NCBI GenBank assembly: GCA_965204865.1
Contig: OZ242027.1
Location: 3,011,986-3,075,985, forward strand
Length of the DNA stretch: 64,000 bases
Source of the DNA: Dehalococcoidia bacterium
Lineage (GTDB): Bacteria > Chloroflexota > Dehalococcoidia > Lucifugimonadales > UBA3495
Direction: 5' to 3'
The position numbers and the translations under genes are program-made. How positions within the stretch are numbered: position 1 is the first letter of the stretch; every line of letters begins with the position of its first letter. This document shows, in pieces, positions 54,761 to 62,258 of this stretch. The notes below the pieces were generated by a model. It searched no databases. It worked only from the letters and a program-made list of their open reading frames with translations, and was not told the DNA's origin.

Positions 54761-55591
54761 ATGGGCAAAGAGCGTATCGAGCGGATGTTTGCCAGCGTCC
54801 GGGAGCGGGAGCGTCCCGGACTTATCGTATTTCTGACCGCCGGGGTTCCCGACATGGAGGCCACGCTGGAACTGGTTCCGGCGCTGGTGGCAGCCGGTGC
54901 CGACGCCGTGGAGCTGGGAGTGCCTTTCAGCGATCCGCTGGCCGAGGGGCCGGTCATCCAGCAGTCGAGCTTTCTGGCGTTGCAGAAGGGCGTGAGCACC
55001 GCCGATTGCCTGCGGGCCACCGAGACGCTGCGCCACCGGATTCCCGACGCGCCGCTGATACTGATGGGCTACTACAACCCGGTGCTTTCCTATGGCATCT
55101 CGCCCTTTGCCGCCGAGTGCCAGCGCGTGGGGGTGGACGGTCTCATCACCGTGGACTTGCCCGGAACGGAGTCGGGGCCGCTGGCCGCCGAGTGCGACAG
55201 CCGCGACATTTCGCTTATTCCCCTGCTGGCGCCTACCAGCACCGAGGAAAGTATTGCCGAGTCCTGCCGCAACGCCAGCGGGTTCGTGTACTGCGTCAGC
55301 GTTACCGGCGTTACCGGAGCGCGAATGGAGGTCTCCGGACGGGGGCTGGAACTGCTTGAGCGGGTTCGCGCTCATACCGGCCTGCCGCTGGCCCTCGGGT
55401 TCGGAATTTCAGCGCCGGAGCACGTGGTCGAGGTCGGCAGGACAGCCGACGCCGCCGTGGTGGGCAGCGCGCTGGTGCGGATTACGCTGGAATCGCCCCG
55501 GGACGAAGTGGTGGAACGAGCGAGCGCCTTCGTGGCGTCGCTGGCCGGGCGGACTCCCGCCGCGCAGTCCGCAGACGGAGGACGCCGATGA
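54761..55591 (+). CDS. trpA: Tryptophan synthase alpha chain
   Basis: LIVFLTAGVPD, ELGVPFSDPLAEGPVIQ and GFVYCVSVTGVTG motifs. Confidence 0.85.
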   Translation: MGKERIERMFASVRERERPGLIVFLTAGVPDMEATLELVPALVAAGADAVELGVPFSDPLAEGPVIQQSSFLALQKGVSTADCLRATETLRHRIPDAPLILMGYYNPVLSYGISPFAAECQRVGVDGLITVDLPGTESGPLAAECDSRDISLIPLLAPTSTEESIAESCRNASGFVYCVSVTGVTGARMEVSGRGLELLERVRAHTGLPLALGFGISAPEHVVEVGRTADAAVVGSALVRITLESPRDEVVERASAFVASLAGRTPAAQSADGGRR

Positions 55592-55941
55592 CCGTCTGCC
55601 GGGGGATACGGGGGGCCACGACCGCCGAGGCCAACACCGGCGAGGCCATCCATGGCGCGACCACCGAATTGCTGGAGGCGCTTATCGAGGCCAACGGGCT
55701 GGAGGAGAAGGATTTGGCGTCGGTGATTTTCACGATGACGCCGGACCTGAACGCGGTGTTTCCCGCCGCCGCCGCCCGCCGGTTGGGGTGGAACAGCACG
55801 GCCCTGCTGGGCGCGGTGGAAGTGGATGTGCCGGGCAGCTTGAACCGCTGCATCAGGATACTTATACTGGTGAACACCGATAAACAACCCGGGGAGCTGG
55901 TAAACGTTTATTTGCGAGGAACCGAGACTCTCAGATCCTGA
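55588..55941 (+). CDS. aroH: AroH-type monofunctional chorismate mutase
   Basis: VCRGIRGATTAE N-terminus and the 117-aa size are typical of AroH-class enzymes. ATGA overlap with trpA. Confidence 0.8.
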   Translation: MTVCRGIRGATTAEANTGEAIHGATTELLEALIEANGLEEKDLASVIFTMTPDLNAVFPAAAARRLGWNSTALLGAVEVDVPGSLNRCIRILILVNTDKQPGELVNVYLRGTETLRS

Positions 55942-55964
55942 TGCGGGTCTCGAATTACTGACTC

Positions 55965-56119
55965 GTGAATGAATTGGTAAACAATACCGTCATTCCGGCT
56001 TTCGCCGGAATCCAGGGATGTTGTCCTCCAGCTACGTTCTTTGTGCCTGGCGTTTTCTGGATTCCGGCTTTCGCCGGAATGACGGGTAACTGGCCCGAAA
56101 TATTTACCAATCAATTCAC
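55965..56119. repeat. Inverted pair of module A' hairpins bounded by a ~17-nt outer inverted repeat
   Basis: GTGAATGAATTGGTAAA...CCGTCATTCCGGCTTTCGCCGGAATCC...GGATTCCGGCTTTCGCCGGAATGACGG...TTTACCAATCAATTCAC. Confidence 0.75.
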
Positions 56120-56191
56120 CCATCAGTAAGTCGCAGGCCCTTCGAGGAGAGGAGCCGGGTGCGATTGCGCTGAAACCGCTATCAAAACTTG

Positions 56192-56220
56192 TTGACTTCA
56201 ACCCGGAGGGCGAGTAGTAT
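56192..56220 (+). promoter_or_regulatory. Sigma70-type promoter
   Basis: TTGACT (56192-56197), 17 nt, TAGTAT (56215-56220). Confidence 0.5.
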
Positions 56221-56230
56221 CTATTACATA

Positions 56231-56314
56231 ATGAGAATTACCTGGGACGCTTGCGGTTATCGCTGCTATTTCTTTACCGGTTGCCAGCCAGCCGGCGAAG
56301 GATTGGTGTGCTAG
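56231..56314 (+). promoter_or_regulatory. Candidate 27-codon leader ORF rich in aromatic codons
   Basis: My translation is MRITWDACGYRCYFFTGCQPAGEGLVC. It starts about 10 nt after the -10 box, so it would be nearly leaderless. Confidence 0.3.
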
Positions 56315-56337
56315 CCAAAGGCAGCCAGGAGGACACC

Positions 56338-56369
56338 AAACCCCAGCCGGCATAGGTTGGGGGTTTTTT
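56338..56369 (+). terminator. Intrinsic terminator inside the 5' leader of the DAHP synthase gene (attenuator candidate)
   Basis: CCCCAGCC-GGCATA-GGTTGGGG followed by GTTTTTT, about 100 nt upstream of ATG 56468. Confidence 0.6.
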
Positions 56370-56467
56370 GTAGTTGTGCCGGAGGCCGGGCCTGGATTGG
56401 CTGATCGGGCGTGGGGGTGGATGTAAGACCGTTACCTGAGTCACTATATTTGTTTGGAAGGAACACC

Positions 56468-57538
56468 ATGCAACCGTCGGCAACCAGAGATGTACACATC
56501 GAGTCCATGCAGCCCCTCACCACGCCGCGAAATCTCGTCAATTCCCTCCCCATCACTCCTTTCGTGGAAAGGACTGTCTTAGAGGGTCGGGAACAGGTGC
56601 GAAAGGTTCTCAATGGCGAGGATCTCAGGCTACTCCTTGTCGTCGGTCCCTGCTCCATCCACAGCAAGGAATCCGCCCTGGAGTACGCGGGCCGCCTCAA
56701 GGAACTGTCCGAAAAACTCAGCGACCGCCTTCTCATAGTGATGCGGGTCTACTTCGAAAAGCCCCGCACCACCGTTGGCTGGAAGGGCCTTATCTATGAC
56801 CCCCACCTCAATGACACCTTCGACATCGAGGCCGGACTGCGCACCGCCCGCTCTCTCCTTCTCGAGATTGGTGAGATGGGGATGTACGCGGGCACCGAGT
56901 TCCTGGACCCGGTTGTCCCTCAATATCTGGCTGGCCTGATAACCTGGGGCACCATCGGGGCCCGCACCACCGAAAGCCAGATCCACCGGCAGATGGCCAG
57001 CGGCCTGAGTATGCCGGTCGGATTCAAGAACGGCACCGACGGTAATGCCCAGGTCGCGGTGGACGCCATGCTGTCGGCCCGCAGCCCGCATGGTTTTCTG
57101 GGCATGGACGGCGATGGGCAGACCGCCCTGATTCGCACCACCGGCAACCCCGACGGGCACCTTGTGCTCCGAGGCGGCAATGCGGGCCCCAATTTTGGCG
57201 CGGAAGCTATCGCTGAGGCCAAGGAGCGCCTGGGGAAGGCCGGCGTCCGCTCCCAGCTCATGGTTGACTGTAGCCACGGCAACTCCAACAAAGACTACAG
57301 GCAGCAAGCCCGCGCTTTCAAGGATGTAGTTTCCCAGAGGACCAGCGGGGGGAGTGACATCATTGGCGCGATGCTGGAGAGCAACCTCAACGAGGGCAAC
57401 CAGCGCCTCTGCGAAGACCTTTCCCAGTTGCAGTACGGCGTCTCCATCACCGACGCCTGTATCGGCTGGGGGGAGACCGAGGAGCTGCTCCATTGGGCCT
57501 ACGAAGCCATGGGCGCCCTCGCCGCCGCTCCGGTCTAG
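56468..57538 (+). CDS. aroG: 3-deoxy-7-phosphoheptulonate (DAHP) synthase, class I
   Basis: ATG 56468 follows GGAAGGA. LLLVVGPCSIH, RVYFEKPRTTVGWKG and IGARTTESQ.HR motifs. The isozyme (G/F/H) cannot be assigned. Confidence 0.85.
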   Translation: MQPSATRDVHIESMQPLTTPRNLVNSLPITPFVERTVLEGREQVRKVLNGEDLRLLLVVGPCSIHSKESALEYAGRLKELSEKLSDRLLIVMRVYFEKPRTTVGWKGLIYDPHLNDTFDIEAGLRTARSLLLEIGEMGMYAGTEFLDPVVPQYLAGLITWGTIGARTTESQIHRQMASGLSMPVGFKNGTDGNAQVAVDAMLSARSPHGFLGMDGDGQTALIRTTGNPDGHLVLRGGNAGPNFGAEAIAEAKERLGKAGVRSQLMVDCSHGNSNKDYRQQARAFKDVVSQRTSGGSDIIGAMLESNLNEGNQRLCEDLSQLQYGVSITDACIGWGETEELLHWAYEAMGALAAAPV

Positions 57539-57663
57539 CCACATTTCCGCACTCAGACTACAGAAACCGCCGGGGTTGCCCAATCCCCCGGCGGTTTGTC
57601 TTCCCCCAGCCCTCCCATCATTCCCGCGCCCTGGTTCGGCAACCGTAGTGGAGAAATTTAAAG

Positions 57664-57693
57664 CGGTGGCGGATTTGCCCGCCACCGTTTTCC
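57664..57693 (+). terminator. Rho-independent terminator downstream of the DAHP synthase gene
   Basis: CGGTGGCGG-ATTTGC-CCGCCACCG followed by TTTTCC. Confidence 0.7.
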
Positions 57694-57722
57694 TGCGCTT
57701 CATTGGAGTAGAGGCGAAGGTG

Positions 57723-57850
57723 AAACCCGTTCATCCTTCGACAGGCTCAGGACGAACAAGCGGGGTGAGCGTTCCGATATAGGTCGTCCATTAAGATGAC
57801 GACCGGTGTTTGGATTCCCGCTTTCGCGGGAATGACGGGTGGGCGCTCGG
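57723..57850. repeat. Module D, then a TIR-like end, then module A
   Basis: AAACCCGTTCATCCTTCGACAGGCTCAGGACGAACAAGCGGGG, then AGCGTTCCGATATAGGTCG, then GGTGTTTGGATTCCCGCTTTCGCGGGAATGACGGG. Confidence 0.75.
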
Positions 57851-57885
57851 CAATTGTTGCACACCCTCCTGCACAAGTGGGGAAC

Positions 57886-57924
57886 GCCCTCACTCTGGCC
57901 CTTTCCCAGGAGGAGAGGGGATTT
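57886..57924. repeat. Module B repeat (reverse orientation, degenerate)
   Basis: GCCCTCACTCTGGCCCTTTCCCAGGAGGAGAGGGGATTT. Confidence 0.7.
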
Positions 57925-57937
57925 GTCTTGCACCATC

Positions 57938-58732
57938 TCACAAGCCGGCCTTGACTGCCGACTCCCGCATACTCTCCAGGTAGGCAAGGCTGGAGGTCTG
58001 GAGTAGGCTGTTGACGTTGCCGTGGAAGTACTGGACGCCGAGGTCTAGGAACTTGGGCACCAGGTTGTCGGGGCAGCTTACGCCAGCCACCTTGCCGGCC
58101 TTTACTATGACGTCCACGCCGCGCTCCATCTGCGCCTGGACTTCAGGGTGGGTCTGCTGACCGGGGACGCCCATGGACTGGGACAGGTCTCCGGAGCCGA
58201 TGAAGAAGACGTCCACGCCGTCCACCTGGACCATGGACTCCAGGTTTTCGATGGCCTCGACTTCCTCCAGCATGAGGCAGACCAGGGTGTTGCGGTTGGC
58301 CTCGGCCACGTAGTCGCCGGTGGAGCCGCTGAAGCCGTAGCCCGCCGGGCGGCTGCGGCTGAAGATGCCGCGGTGTCCCTCGGGGTAGTACTTGACCGCG
58401 TCCACCGTCGCTCTTGCCTCGTCCGCGGTGTTGACGTGGGGAACCTGTACGCCCCATGCGCCCCGGTCAAGGAAGGGGGCGATGATTTCCGGCTTGTTGG
58501 CTACGGGGCGGACGATGGGCGCGATGCCGGAAAGCTCGGAGGCTCGCACCAGGTCCTCGGAGTTATCCACGGTTATGGAGCCGTGTTCGTTGTCCAGCAG
58601 CACCCAGTCGAAACCGAGGCAGCCCAGCATTTCCACCACCGGGGCCGAAGGGAAGGTAATCATCACCCCGAAGACTGCTTTTCCCTGTTGCAGGGTTTCT
58701 TTCAGCGTGTTCTCGCGCATACGTCCTCTCAT
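57938..58732 (-). CDS. HpcH/HpaI-family aldolase
   Basis: 264 aa. FDWVLLDNEHG and the class II aldolase TIM-barrel pattern. Confidence 0.8.
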   Translation of the reverse strand: MRGRMRENTLKETLQQGKAVFGVMITFPSAPVVEMLGCLGFDWVLLDNEHGSITVDNSEDLVRASELSGIAPIVRPVANKPEIIAPFLDRGAWGVQVPHVNTADEARATVDAVKYYPEGHRGIFSRSRPAGYGFSGSTGDYVAEANRNTLVCLMLEEVEAIENLESMVQVDGVDVFFIGSGDLSQSMGVPGQQTHPEVQAQMERGVDVIVKAGKVAGVSCPDNLVPKFLDLGVQYFHGNVNSLLQTSSLAYLESMRESAVKAGL

Positions 58733-58760
58733 CCTGTTGTCGAATGGGTTGCGAAGTGTG

Positions 58761-58912
58761 GCGGGGTTCCGCTTTAGGTGGTCTAATCAGTTGCCCCCCG
58801 TCTTCACGGGGGCAGGCTCCATCTGGGGTTTGGATTCCCGCTTTCGCGGGAATGACGGTGGGGTGCGGGAATGACGGACCGGAAACTGCAAAACCACCTA
58901 AATTGGAACGCT
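58761..58912. mobile_element. MITE-like element with modules C and A
   Basis: Its right-hand ~93 nt (GGGGTTTGGATTCCCGCTTTCGCGGGAATGACGGTGGGGTGCGGGAATGACGGACCGGAAACTGCAAAACCACCTAAATTGGAACGCTATCG) are identical to the element at 41485..41609. Confidence 0.65.
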
Positions 58913-59102
58913 ATCGCGAAGTGTCTAGCCGTTGACACTACACGGGAGTATACTACTCGCCACTTTTCCGGGTTACATAACCCGGCAGTGAACCGTTGAA
59001 GCCATATTGATATAATGGAAAGTATCATGGAGACACGGGCGGCCGGGATTCTTGGATCCCGCCCTTCGACAGGCTCAGGGTGATGTAAGCAGGGGGTACG
59101 AT

Positions 59103-59681
59103 ATGTTTCCGCAGGTTTCTCTGACGGCGCCTACCCGCAGCGACGTGGAACGGCTGATGGGTTGGCTCGAGGATGATGAGGTTAACACGTCCTGGTACGG
59201 CCTGGGGGACGACGGGCAACCACTTCACGCCGGTTATGTGCCGTCGCACGTCCTGGAAGGCGACGACAATGACTGGGACCGGGTGTTCAACGACGACAAT
59301 CGCAAGGTCTTTGCGGTCTACTCCAGCGAGGGCGAGCATATCGGAGAGGCGCAACTGGTCATCGAATGGCCTCTGCTGGAGGCCCAGGCCTTCATCCTGG
59401 TGGGGCGCAAAGACCTGTGGCACCACCACTATGGCACCATTTCGCTGGTCAGCTTGCTGGACCACGCCTTCAACGATCTGGGTCTGCATCGCATCTGGGT
59501 CGATGTGCCGGAGTACAACAGGCCGGCGCTGGATATGGTTGAGCATATAGGATTCGTGGTGGAAGGCCATTTCCGCAAGGCACACCGCCGGGGAGACCAG
59601 TGGTTCGATTCCTATGCCCTGGGCCTGCTGGCCGAGGAGTATCCCCGACGCCGCGCCCGCCTGATGGAGACCAATGCTTAA
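59103..59681 (+). CDS. GNAT-family N-acetyltransferase
   Basis: HRIWVDVPEYNRPALDMVEHIGFVVEG acetyl-CoA-binding-region pattern. Confidence 0.7.
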   Translation: MFPQVSLTAPTRSDVERLMGWLEDDEVNTSWYGLGDDGQPLHAGYVPSHVLEGDDNDWDRVFNDDNRKVFAVYSSEGEHIGEAQLVIEWPLLEAQAFILVGRKDLWHHHYGTISLVSLLDHAFNDLGLHRIWVDVPEYNRPALDMVEHIGFVVEGHFRKAHRRGDQWFDSYALGLLAEEYPRRRARLMETNA

Positions 59682-59741
59682 CCTTCGAGCGGTTTGAGCC
59701 TCAATGAAAAGCCCTCTCACTCTACACAGGAGGAAGGAGCG

Positions 59742-60455
59742 ATGCCAGTAATAACAATCAACGGCCCCTTGGGGGCAGGCGCGGTTTCCATCGGCCAGAT
59801 GGTGGCCCGGGAATTGGAGTTGAACTTCTACGACCGGCTGATTTTCACGCAGGCAGCGCGGCTTATCGGCACTCCGGTCGGCGCGGTAATCGCCAAGGAG
59901 CAGCGCGTTGACCGCTTTCGCGACCGGCTGGGCCGGTTCCTGCAAACCATGCTGGAACGGTCGGCGATGTCCGGCGTCAGCGGCGAGCCCTACTTCGGCC
60001 GGGGCATTGAAAACCTGCCGCCAGAGACTTTCATGGAGATGATGGGCGAGGGCAGTACAAACCGGCAGGTCAGCGACAAGGAGTTTATCGAGGCCACCGA
60101 GAAGGTGGTGAAGGACATCTACGAGGAAGGCAATGCGGTAATCATCGGCCGGGGGGCCAACGCCATCTTGGAGAGTATGCCCGGCACCTTCCACGTGGGC
60201 CTGCTGGCGCCGCTGGAAGTGCGCGTACAGACCCTGATGCAGCGCGAGAACTACACCCGCGAAGAGGCCGAGAACTACGGGGCGGAGCTGGAGCAGGCGC
60301 ACGAGAATTTCTTCCGGCGTTTTTTCAACTACAACTTCTATGATCCGACCCACTACCACATGATGCTGAACATGGGGCGGATGAGCCCCGAGGCGGCCGC
60401 CGGAATCATCGTTCACGCCACCAGCGACACCTTTGCCGCACCTGCCACCGCGTGA
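59742..60455 (+). CDS. Cytidylate-kinase-like family protein (P-loop-like NTPase)
   Basis: ATG 59742 follows AGGAGGAAGGAG. ITINGPLGAGAVSIGQMVAREL N-terminus. Confidence 0.6.
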   Translation: MPVITINGPLGAGAVSIGQMVARELELNFYDRLIFTQAARLIGTPVGAVIAKEQRVDRFRDRLGRFLQTMLERSAMSGVSGEPYFGRGIENLPPETFMEMMGEGSTNRQVSDKEFIEATEKVVKDIYEEGNAVIIGRGANAILESMPGTFHVGLLAPLEVRVQTLMQRENYTREEAENYGAELEQAHENFFRRFFNYNFYDPTHYHMMLNMGRMSPEAAAGIIVHATSDTFAAPATA

Positions 60456-60488
60456 CCCTGGCGGCATCCGCCAGGCAAAGGCGGCGGG

Positions 60489-60529
60489 CATCCTTCGACA
60501 AGCTCAGGATGTTCGACAAGCTCAGGATG
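60489..60529. repeat. Module D with an internal tandem duplication
   Basis: CATCCTTCGACAAGCTCAGGATG-TTCGACAAGCTCAGGATG. Confidence 0.8.
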
Positions 60530-60554
60530 ACGGCAGTCGCCGGGGGACTGAGAA

Positions 60555-61343
60555 GTGTTTCCCTTCGCTGACGCAGGGGCCCGCCGCACCGGTCTTCCCC
60601 CGGTCACCGTGGGGCTGATCGGCCTCAACTGCCTGGTATTCCTTTACGAACTGCAAACGGGCGGTCTGGGAGTTCTAGCCGGCGGCGGCAGCTTCCACAT
60701 CGACGTCTTCTTTTTCAAGTGGGGCTTCATTCCCTCCGAACTAGCCGAGGGCAGGGACTACCAGCGGCTTTTGGGCGGAATTGACATCGCCTCTCCCATT
60801 CCCACTTGGGCCACAATACTGTCCTCAATGTTCATCCATGGCGGGTTCCTGCATCTTGCCAGCAATATGCTGTTCCTCTGGGTGTTCGGGAGCAGCATGG
60901 AGCAATCGCTGGGGCCGGGCCGGTTCGTGCTGCTCTACTTCGCTACCGGGGTCGCGGCGGCGCTAAGCCACCTGGCCATTGAGCCGCAGTCGCAGGCGCC
61001 GCTCATCGGGGCCAGCGGCGCTGTTTCCGGCGTGCTGGGGGCCTACCTGCTGACCTTTCCCTTCAACCGTATACGGGCGCTCATCCTGATGATTCTCATC
61101 ACCGTAATCGAGCTGCCCGCGATATGGTTGCTGGGAGGGTGGTTCGTCTGGCAGTTAATCCAGGGGCTAACGTCGCTGGGGCTGTCCAACGCGGTAAACG
61201 TGGCGTTCTTTGCCCACGTGGGCGGGTTCGTGGCCGGGGTGGCGCTGATTGCCGCCGCCCGCGCGCTCACCGGCAGGCCGGTGCTGCCCCGTCGCCCGCA
61301 GCCTTGGGGCTACTGGCGGGATGAGGACGATTCGTATGGTTAG
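60555..61343 (+). CDS. Rhomboid-family intramembrane serine protease
   Basis: FIHGGFLHLASNMLFLW and GASGAVSGVLGAY (catalytic Ser) motifs, plus a downstream AHVGGF (catalytic His). Confidence 0.85.
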   Translation: MFPFADAGARRTGLPPVTVGLIGLNCLVFLYELQTGGLGVLAGGGSFHIDVFFFKWGFIPSELAEGRDYQRLLGGIDIASPIPTWATILSSMFIHGGFLHLASNMLFLWVFGSSMEQSLGPGRFVLLYFATGVAAALSHLAIEPQSQAPLIGASGAVSGVLGAYLLTFPFNRIRALILMILITVIELPAIWLLGGWFVWQLIQGLTSLGLSNAVNVAFFAHVGGFVAGVALIAAARALTGRPVLPRRPQPWGYWRDEDDSYG

Positions 61344-61394
61344 GCAACGCCCGGCGGATTCAGCGCATTCCCACCGTGGACGCGGAGCATTACC

Positions 61395-61817
61395 TTGAAG
61401 CAGGAACCAGAAAGCGACCAGCGCGTAACCATCTGGAGCGTGCCAGAGGACTGGCAGAGGTGGTATCTTGCGCTGTTCAACATCCAGATATTATGCTTGC
61501 TGGGACTGGTATGCTGGCATGAGGTGGCTACGGCTCCCGACGGCGGAGTGGCGATTGATGTGTTGATCGCCGTCGGATCGAGCATGGCGGGGCTGATCAT
61601 TCTCGTGGCGGCGGAAAGCATTTTCCTGACGGATGTGACCAAGATGCTGTTTACGATGATTTCAGACAGATATCTGAGGCGCGAGCGCGCTAAGGGACGA
61701 GCCGAAGAACGTCAGAAATGGGAGGAATGGAACGAGCGACGCTTGGCGGCGGAGGCTGCTGGTGAGGGCTTTACCGAGCCACCTCCGTCTTCCACTAACT
61801 CTAACGGTAGCGGGTAG
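61395..61817 (+). CDS. Hypothetical membrane protein (two TM segments plus a charged tail)
   Basis: TTG start. The tail ERQKWEEWNERRLAAEAAGEGFTEPPP resembles a segment of the next ORF. Confidence 0.45.
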   Translation: MKQEPESDQRVTIWSVPEDWQRWYLALFNIQILCLLGLVCWHEVATAPDGGVAIDVLIAVGSSMAGLIILVAAESIFLTDVTKMLFTMISDRYLRRERAKGRAEERQKWEEWNERRLAAEAAGEGFTEPPPSSTNSNGSG

Positions 61818-61866
61818 GTGCAATTCTATAGGCGATCTCACTGTATGAACCAGGTGAGGTAGAGAT

Positions 61867-62193
61867 ATGTTCAGTTGGCTTGCTGACAAGTTGTTCAGGG
61901 GACGAAGGGAAAGCGCGGACGCTCATACGCAACGGGTCTGGGCGGAGTGGGATACTCGGCGGATGGCTGCGGAAGAGACAGGAGAAGCGTTTGCGGAGCC
62001 TGAGCCGGAACAGCCCAAGTCCGGCAGGAGGCGATGGCGGCGGGGGCGTCCGTCGGCCCTGGATGCGGGGGCGGCTGGCGCTACGGGCGCTTTCCTGGTG
62101 GGGCCGCACATTGACCACGGGCATGGCCATGGCCACGGTGGATTCGACGGCGGCTTTCACGGCGGTGGCGGCGATGCGGGGGGCGGGTTTTAA
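61867..62193 (+). CDS. Hypothetical small protein with a His/Gly-rich C-terminus
   Basis: SD GAGGTAGAG. Contains RVWAEWDTRRMAAEETGEAFAEPEP. The tail reads HIDHGHGHGHGGFDGGFHGGGGDAGGGF. Confidence 0.45.
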   Translation: MFSWLADKLFRGRRESADAHTQRVWAEWDTRRMAAEETGEAFAEPEPEQPKSGRRRWRRGRPSALDAGAAGATGAFLVGPHIDHGHGHGHGGFDGGFHGGGGDAGGGF

Positions 62194-62206
62194 CGACTAT
62201 ATGAAA

Positions 62207-62231
62207 GGGGCGTCCCACTAGGGGACGCCCC
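62207..62231. terminator. Bidirectional hairpin between convergent genes
   Basis: GGGGCGTCCC-ACTAG-GGGACGCCCC. Confidence 0.65.
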
Positions 62232-62258
62232 GATGCCTTTCGCCTATCTGTACAGACC

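Noticed and set aside
56221-56467. A T-box or known riboswitch in the aroG leader.
   Set aside because: I could not see the conserved T-box sequence or any riboswitch core I recognise. This needs an Rfam scan to settle, so it is reported only as a generic attenuator candidate.
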